A stretch of 64,000 nucleotides of DNA from positions 64,001-128,000 of the IMG/VR virus record IMGVR_UViG_3300028888_000047; one strand, given 5' to 3'. The notes beneath the pieces are model-generated. The model had not been told where the DNA came from. It searched no databases and saw only the letters and a program-made list of their open reading frames with translations. This DNA comes from a virus. Taxonomy: Duplodnaviria > Caudoviricetes. This document shows, in pieces, positions 58,226-64,000 of this stretch; the first letter of the stretch is position 1, and every line of letters begins with the position of its first letter. Made by a program: the position numbers and the translations under genes.

Positions 58226-58912
58226 TTATTCAAGTTTTTTACATTCTTCTTCAGAAAAGTTTTCATGCAATTTATTAAGCCACCATTGTGTTTTAAACTT
58301 GCATTTTGGCATTCTTTGCCCTTTCATTATACTTGAACGTCTGCAAACAACCCCTTCCTTAACTGTAGGGTATTGGCATCCATCTTGAGTCCAATCGTTG
58401 TTTTGTATTGATGCTATGAAATCCTTGGTTAGTTTTCCATGATAAATCAACTCAGGAGTAAGTATCCTTTCGTCTTTACAAAATATATCATAAAAATCAC
58501 TAGGCTCTATATAACCTTTTTTCTTCATAAAAACATCAATAAGGGCAAGATTTAAAGTGTCTCCATCCTTATGAAAACCAGCAAAACTGTTTTCTCCGTA
58601 CCATTCAAAGAAAAATGTCAGTTCTTCAACTCCATTAAAAATTCCTTTTTTGCCTGAATTGTTAACTATGATACTTTTCAAAACATTTTCATAATGTTCT
58701 TTGAAATATCTGACTGCTTCTCCGAAACCTTCTGTGTTTTCATCTACTAGGGTTTGTCTTGAACCAAATGTTGTAAATTGCTTTTTATCGCGACCTTTTG
58801 CAATATACTTTACTCTGAAGTTTTGACCATCTAATTTGTTAAATGCCCAAACATCTTCACCCAATAATGTGCCATCGTCTTGCACCCTCGGTATCGAATC
58901 ATAGCTTTTCAT
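58226..58912 (-). CDS. Rnl2-like ATP-dependent RNA ligase
   Basis: KLDGQN (I), FFEWYG (III), LIDVF (IIIa), EGVV (IV), KCKFK (V); likely start MKSY at 58912. Confidence 0.8.
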   Translation of the reverse strand: MKSYDSIPRVQDDGTLLGEDVWAFNKLDGQNFRVKYIAKGRDKKQFTTFGSRQTLVDENTEGFGEAVRYFKEHYENVLKSIIVNNSGKKGIFNGVEELTFFFEWYGENSFAGFHKDGDTLNLALIDVFMKKKGYIEPSDFYDIFCKDERILTPELIYHGKLTKDFIASIQNNDWTQDGCQYPTVKEGVVCRRSSIMKGQRMPKCKFKTQWWLNKLHENFSEEECKKLE

Positions 58913-58916
58913 AAGC

Positions 58917-58971
58917 CAAATATACAAAAAAAACGTGAAATACGGAAATGTCTCACGTTAAATATTGTTAA
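58917..58971 (-). promoter_or_regulatory. promoter cassette with embedded terminator hairpin
   Basis: AACGTGA/TCACGTT; TATATTTG; GTTAA +40/+50. Confidence 0.8.
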
Positions 58972-59507
58972 CATATAAACGCTAAATACGTCATAAGAAG
59001 CAATATCAGCACAATTACAAGTATTACGGCAATAATTCCATTGTTTTCACTTTCATTATCACCGCCTTTCATTTTTCGCTTAATGACGAAATTGTATAGT
59101 CCCTTATTTTTCAACACCATTTCAAATGGATGATACCCAGTTTTGTCTTTTTTAAGCCCATCAAGAAGTCCATCATCATTTCTAGCATGAGCAGCATATA
59201 ATTTGCCGTCTTTAAGGGTAAATCCAATAAGTGACAAGTTATAATCCTTAGTGCCCGGCGTTTCGTTTATCTTATTAAAATCAATTATGAAAAACTGTTC
59301 ATGACCGGCTTTGCCAACATAATCATTCCAATGGTACTCTTGGTTTGCAATGCACCATTTTATTGTCTTGTGACAAAATATACGATTACAATCACTAAAT
59401 GAACTAACTTTTATTATGACAATATTGTTTTTGTCATATATAACAGCAGTGTCTTTGCAACTATCAGCAATTGCTTTTAAAAAGTGTTCTTTTCCTTCAA
59501 AAATCAT
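58968..59507 (-). CDS. paralog of 9029..9616 with C-terminal TM
   Basis: IIKVSSFSD...WCIA....W..YV. Confidence 0.65.
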   Translation of the reverse strand: MIFEGKEHFLKAIADSCKDTAVIYDKNNIVIIKVSSFSDCNRIFCHKTIKWCIANQEYHWNDYVGKAGHEQFFIIDFNKINETPGTKDYNLSLIGFTLKDGKLYAAHARNDDGLLDGLKKDKTGYHPFEMVLKNKGLYNFVIKRKMKGGDNESENNGIIAVILVIVLILLLMTYLAFIC

Positions 59508-59509
59508 AA

Positions 59510-60214
59510 TTAAACGGTTCTATATGCTCTTTCTAATTTATCTGTACGATATTCAAATGCACTTAATCCATCCTTAGCAATCTTATTCAACGCAGCAATG
59601 GCGCTTTCAATATTATCCAAGCTTTTAAACGTTCTGGTCATTAGAATTCTCAAACCCAAACGTCTACCTTCGCCATTAATACACTCTCTATCCTTAAACT
59701 CATCCAACACACCCGAAGATACAACGCCATTATATAACAGCTTCATCTTGCTTTTAGCATTGTCAAGCTTCCATGATAATTTTTGTACATAATGGAACAC
59801 GGCCTTTTCGTTACCCTTGGCAACATCAGAAATTTCCTTAATAGCATCAACAATCTGATAAGCATCAACCCTGAACAAACGAAATGGCTCATCAACTTCA
59901 GGCAACTTCAAAATAAGGTTTGCAATTGTTCCCCATTGACGATATGCATTATCATAATATGCAGCAAGACTCTTAATTGGTCCTGCATTTTTAACAATAT
60001 TCTTGATAATGCCCGGAAGTATTGTTATTTCAGTTTCACGCTTTTTCTTGGCTTCTTTCTTAGCCTTGTTTATTTCACGCTGCTTTTTCTTTGACAATTT
60101 GCTCTGGATTTCCTTGTCCTTTTCTCGCTTGTATTTGCGATACTCTTGCATTGTCATTTTCTTGCCACCGATTACTATATAAGTGGTGGCTTCATAACTA
60201 TTCATGCTTGCCAT
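59510..60214 (-). CDS. hypothetical protein
   Basis: 234 aa, first gene after promoter. Confidence 0.65.
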   Translation of the reverse strand: MASMNSYEATTYIVIGGKKMTMQEYRKYKREKDKEIQSKLSKKKQREINKAKKEAKKKRETEITILPGIIKNIVKNAGPIKSLAAYYDNAYRQWGTIANLILKLPEVDEPFRLFRVDAYQIVDAIKEISDVAKGNEKAVFHYVQKLSWKLDNAKSKMKLLYNGVVSSGVLDEFKDRECINGEGRRLGLRILMTRTFKSLDNIESAIAALNKIAKDGLSAFEYRTDKLERAYRTV

Positions 60215-60238
60215 AATCTATTTTATTCAAGTATGGTG

Positions 60239-60293
60239 CAAAGATAATCATTTTTTCCAATATACGCAAATATATTTGGTTAAAAAAAGTTAA
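60239..60293 (-). promoter_or_regulatory. repeated early promoter cassette
   Basis: TATCTTTG; GTTAA +40/+50; hairpin GGGCAGA/TCTGCCC upstream follows pncB. Confidence 0.75.
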
Positions 60294-60318
60294 AGGGCAG
60301 AATAATCTGCCCAATTTG

Positions 60319-61509
60319 TTATATTTTCACACCAAGTTCCTCAAAATGAAGTTCTTTTGTGGCTATTTCAAATAACTCATTATTACCCATATGTTTCCCA
60401 AGGTCATCTGAAATCTTAATTACAAGCTCCCAGAAATCACGTGGACTATAACGACATTTAGAAAGCTTCATTACAATATTAGCAGGTTTATAGCCATCTA
60501 TACCTAAATCACAGGTAATGTTTGTGCCAATTCCCGCTGATACTTTTATTCTTCCTTTGAAATACTTAGCAATTTCTGCATATTTTTCAAAATCAAGTGC
60601 ATTACTAAATACTATTGTTTTAGTTGTTGGGTCAATACGGAGTTCTTTAAGTTTGTCAATAATCATATTTCCAATCTTGAATTCATCACCGCTATCTTGG
60701 CGGAATCCATCAAACAATTTAGCTTGGTGAAGAGTTAATGTGTGCAAGAATGATGCAGTTGAATATGTATCCACAAGTGCTACTCCAAGGTCTCCACCAA
60801 AAACAGATGCCCATGCGTTAAGAGCGTTGAAATTTGCGGTTTTAAACCCACCTATACCGGCGTGGAACATAAACCATTCATGCGCCTGTGTTCCAATTGG
60901 TGTCATTTTATATTTCATCGCGAAATATACGTTAGAAGTACCTGTGCAATAAACAGGACAACGTTCTTTAAGGCGTTTTACAATAGCTTCGTGAGAACTT
61001 GCGGAAGCCCGGCGACGAGTTCCAAAATCAGCGAAATAAAGTTGATGCTCATTGGCGAAATCAATTTTTTTATCAAGAATGTCTATCACCTTCTTCAAAT
61101 CAATATTTACTCCAAGGTATTTGTTACGGCATTCAGCAACAATAGCAAGGATAGGCACTTCATAAAGAGTTACCTTATACATCTTGTCAGTAACTTCAAT
61201 GTGAAGATGTCCTTCTTCGTCAATCCAACATTTAATTTTATCCAATTCGAATTGGAATCCTTTAAGCCATTCTGTATAATTGGTGGCTAAATAACGAATA
61301 TTGGAAACGTATATATACTCTTCAGTTGTAAGTTTCAACTGACAAAGTTTAGCAAATTCCAATTGAAGCATTTCCAAGAATTTCTTATCATACTTCTCAT
61401 TATTGCGGTCATTAAATGTAAATGTGCCTTCTGCATCTGGGTATAGCTTAAAATATGCATTAGACATACTAAGCTTATATACATCTGTATCAAGAATACT
61501 GTATATCAT
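60319..61509 (-). CDS. pncB: nicotinate phosphoribosyltransferase
   Basis: SILDTDVYK, DFGTRRR, GTSNV, GTQAHEW, DTY, RQDSGD, IVFS.AL, GIGT, KISD..GK. Confidence 0.95.
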   Translation of the reverse strand: MIYSILDTDVYKLSMSNAYFKLYPDAEGTFTFNDRNNEKYDKKFLEMLQLEFAKLCQLKLTTEEYIYVSNIRYLATNYTEWLKGFQFELDKIKCWIDEEGHLHIEVTDKMYKVTLYEVPILAIVAECRNKYLGVNIDLKKVIDILDKKIDFANEHQLYFADFGTRRRASASSHEAIVKRLKERCPVYCTGTSNVYFAMKYKMTPIGTQAHEWFMFHAGIGGFKTANFNALNAWASVFGGDLGVALVDTYSTASFLHTLTLHQAKLFDGFRQDSGDEFKIGNMIIDKLKELRIDPTTKTIVFSNALDFEKYAEIAKYFKGRIKVSAGIGTNITCDLGIDGYKPANIVMKLSKCRYSPRDFWELVIKISDDLGKHMGNNELFEIATKELHFEELGVKI

Positions 61510-61519
61510 TTCCTAAATA

Positions 61520-61945
61520 TTATTTAAAAAAAGTTATTACTAAATCGTATTTTTCTCTAAAAAAAGCTTGTGCTTTATGCCCTTTAAAAATTTCTTCATC
61601 CATTTTTTCAACTACTTCAATGAATATTTTCTTATTCAATGAACATCTTCTTAATATGTTAAAAACAAGTATTTGAGCAAAATGTCTTTTATCATTAATT
61701 GCTGTGCGAACTGAATAAATTCTATTGATATTATCAAACCCATGTTCTTTAGTAATTTCAATGACATTTTCAGTATTAGCAATTAAATTACGCATAGACG
61801 AATCATAAAAAAAAAACAAACTGGATTTATTTTTAGCACCAAGTTTTTTTTTCAAAGTTGAATAAAACCCAAATTCTTTGGAACAACGAAATAGTTTTTT
61901 AGCTATTTCGTCATCCCAAAAAGCTTTAAATTTTAAAAATTCCAT
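61520..61945 (-). CDS. RFLKE-like protein
   Basis: LFRCSKEFGFY. Confidence 0.55.
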   Translation of the reverse strand: MEFLKFKAFWDDEIAKKLFRCSKEFGFYSTLKKKLGAKNKSSLFFFYDSSMRNLIANTENVIEITKEHGFDNINRIYSVRTAINDKRHFAQILVFNILRRCSLNKKIFIEVVEKMDEEIFKGHKAQAFFREKYDLVITFFK

Positions 61946-61948
61946 TAT

Positions 61949-62884
61949 TTAATATATTGGTTCAATATTTTCGTTGTACCAATCATTGAATTCTTTAAAC
62001 TCTTCGTCTGTGAATTCTTTTCTAACTGAGTTCCATTTATTATAGTCACAATGTTTAATTTTGACTATAATTCTATTACCTCTTTCATCTTTGATTGGAA
62101 CAGTAGGTCTTGCTACAATACCTTCCTCAATAAGAGTAGGGTCTTTTACCCCTTCCACCTTTGTTGTAAAGCCATCAGTTACCATCTTTTCGAATTCAGC
62201 AAGAGTGCCAATACCAATGAAAGGAACAGTCTTTAGTCCAAGACCTTTGCAATAGGCATCGCGCACATCTTTCGGAACCCACCATCCTTGTACCTCTATA
62301 TCGAACACTTGAAAATCGTTTTTATCAAAATAGCGCCCTCCACATTTCTGAATGCCTTGGCCAAAGTACTCTCCATAGATATACACGGGAATTTCCTCAA
62401 GTTCTATGCCAACATTTTTTAAACCTGAAAGGCTTTCATTATCTACTTTTTTAAAAGCAACTACAGGGTTAAAAGCCGTGGCATATTCAATTTCTGTTGC
62501 ATAATATTGAATCTTATTAGTTTCAACATTTTTGACAGGAGCAAAACGTGCAGTTTCTTTTGGGAACATCTTTTCAAGTTCAGGTTTAATCCTATCTGCA
62601 ATTTCTTGAAGCATTTCAAATTGACCATGTTGAGAAGATGCTTTATCGGTTTTACCGCCAACCATTATTTGGTTAGTTGATGGGAAATAACAAATCTTGG
62701 AGTTTGTTCCATCAATTTTGCTATATCCTTCAAAAAGGCAGTCCTTAAGATAGCCAAACGCCGGGTCCGAATAACAGCCCATTATGATTTGGTTTTGGAA
62801 CTTATGCCATTTTGGGTTAGGGCATTTATCGCCTAAATGTTTGTATCTTTTATACAATGTTTGTATTTTACTGTAAGTTTCCAT
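61949..62884 (-). CDS. Rnl2-like ATP-dependent RNA ligase
   Basis: KIDGTN, YGEYFG.GIQ, FQVFDI, EEGIV, IIVKIK. Confidence 0.85.
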   Translation of the reverse strand: METYSKIQTLYKRYKHLGDKCPNPKWHKFQNQIIMGCYSDPAFGYLKDCLFEGYSKIDGTNSKICYFPSTNQIMVGGKTDKASSQHGQFEMLQEIADRIKPELEKMFPKETARFAPVKNVETNKIQYYATEIEYATAFNPVVAFKKVDNESLSGLKNVGIELEEIPVYIYGEYFGQGIQKCGGRYFDKNDFQVFDIEVQGWWVPKDVRDAYCKGLGLKTVPFIGIGTLAEFEKMVTDGFTTKVEGVKDPTLIEEGIVARPTVPIKDERGNRIIVKIKHCDYNKWNSVRKEFTDEEFKEFNDWYNENIEPIY

Positions 62885-63310
62885 TTATTCTTTCTCCTCT
62901 TCGTATTGGTTAATTTTCTCGTTAATTTGGTCAAGCTTTGATTTATTGCGTTCGATGCGTTTCATAAGTTTATCAGTATCTTTACTGTCCTTATCTAACT
63001 TTTTCAAAGCATCTTTATCAGCCTTTATTCTTTCTTCCAAAGTTTCAGCACGTTTAATCCATGCATTATATTGTTCGTCAGATGGTTCATCAATATCATC
63101 ATCATCAACAGTAGCTGGAGAAATAAACTCATCTTTAACGCCATACCTCACTTCTCTGTATACTGGTTTTCCGCCTCTCATTCCATCATACTCGTTAACG
63201 TAGAAAGAATGGCCATCATCACTCCAAGGCTCAATATAAAAACCTTCAACGACTCTACCTGTTGGTAATGTAGCCACAACTGGCTGATTCTTTTTGAAAC
63301 TTTGTACCAT
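62885..63310 (-). CDS. hypothetical protein with coiled coil
   Basis: 141 aa between pncA and RNA ligase. Confidence 0.65.
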   Translation of the reverse strand: MVQSFKKNQPVVATLPTGRVVEGFYIEPWSDDGHSFYVNEYDGMRGGKPVYREVRYGVKDEFISPATVDDDDIDEPSDEQYNAWIKRAETLEERIKADKDALKKLDKDSKDTDKLMKRIERNKSKLDQINEKINQYEEEKE

Positions 63311-63321
63311 ATTTATATTTT

Positions 63322-63909
63322 TTAAAAAACTTTTTTGACCTCAATATAATCACTTTTTTCAAGGAATTCCATGAATTTATTTTCATCCATGAATCCAACA
63401 AAATCGATTAGTACATTGATTTTAATGTTAGGGAATTCCCTGTGGAAATCTTCTATTGAATCCTTTACGCAATATACGTCAGCTATGCCACAAAAATCTA
63501 CCTCAGTAACCCCAAGTGAATCTACAAGAGCGTGTATCTTCTTATTAGACTTTTCGTTTCTCATAACAGAGTATTCCTCGCGGTCTTCATCAGTACCCTT
63601 TGTAAACACATGATGGTCAATTCCCAAGTCGTTCACAATATCAATTATTGGCTGATATATTGCAGCGCCACATGTATATTCCTGACAATGTATTGGCCAA
63701 ATACCTCCATTTTGTTTAAATGAACAATGTGTTATAGGATGGAAGTCAGCCGAATCCCATATAGAAATATATTCTTTACCATGCTCTTTCAAGTAGAATG
63801 GCATTTTATTAAACTTTTCTATAGTTCCCTTTACTGCTAATTTTCCATTATCGAGAAAATCTTTTTGAATATCAATTCTGAATAAAACTTTTGAAACCTT
63901 TTTTTCCAT
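63322..63909 (-). CDS. pncA: nicotinamidase
   Basis: IDIQKDF, DFHP..HCSF, WPIHC, KG, YS, GIA..YCV (Asp-Lys-Cys triad and metal ligands). Confidence 0.92.
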   Translation of the reverse strand: MEKKVSKVLFRIDIQKDFLDNGKLAVKGTIEKFNKMPFYLKEHGKEYISIWDSADFHPITHCSFKQNGGIWPIHCQEYTCGAAIYQPIIDIVNDLGIDHHVFTKGTDEDREEYSVMRNEKSNKKIHALVDSLGVTEVDFCGIADVYCVKDSIEDFHREFPNIKINVLIDFVGFMDENKFMEFLEKSDYIEVKKVF

Positions 63910-64000
63910 ATTATTCTTTTTTTAAATTTTCAATTTTTTCTTCCAACTCCTTATAAAGTGGGCTTTTATTTTTTCCAATGTATGATTTCAGACTATCAAA

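Noticed and set aside
5532-58971. Repeated palindromes as a CRISPR array or integron attC sites
   Set aside because: Copies are kilobases apart with no spacer periodicity and no cas or integrase here. TTTAAC resembles an inverse core, but there is no matching downstream GTTRRRY; promoter/terminator geometry fits better.
1-64000. TAG-to-Gln recoding as in Lak megaphages
   Set aside because: Long conserved genes (rtcB, pncB, fmt, M42, SF2) are intact in code 11, and TAG falls at natural ends (e.g. MTase 28811, 12822, 43371). Recoding elsewhere in the genome is not excluded.

Overview
A 64 kb segment of a large, AT-rich dsDNA phage (about 27-30% GC in lines counted by eye). The host is probably Bacteroidota (Prevotella/Bacteroides-like), inferred from Bacteroidetes-type TAnnTTTG promoter boxes and host-like metabolic genes. 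It looks like the early/accessory region: over 100 short, tightly packed genes, nearly all on the minus strand, with no capsid, terminase or polymerase genes. The genes are split into transcription units by at least 21 copies of a rigidly spaced promoter cassette (TTAAC-N5-TTAAC...TTTG...TAnnTTTG), about 8 of which also contain an intrinsic-terminator hairpin. Recognisable genes include a deamidating NAD+ salvage set (pncA, pncB, nadD), an ADP-ribose-erasing cluster (NADAR, TIGR02452/PARG-like, HD protein), and RNA repair genes (rtcB, two Rnl2-like ligases, a metallophosphoesterase). Others are fmt, acyl carrier protein, HIT, SPFH, M42 peptidase, a caspase-like protease, an ankyrin-like protein, a DNA MTase, two homing endonucleases (one with a frameshifted extra nuclease domain), an SF2 ATPase and an unusual long-variable-arm tRNA-Cys. 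Several expanded small-protein families are present, and four unrelated proteins share a C-terminal ETVY-like tag. The best candidate for an undescribed system is a phage NAD+/ADP-ribose counter-defence suite using the Preiss-Handler route, which differs from the described NARP1/NARP2 pathways. All family calls come from motifs read by eye; no searches were run.
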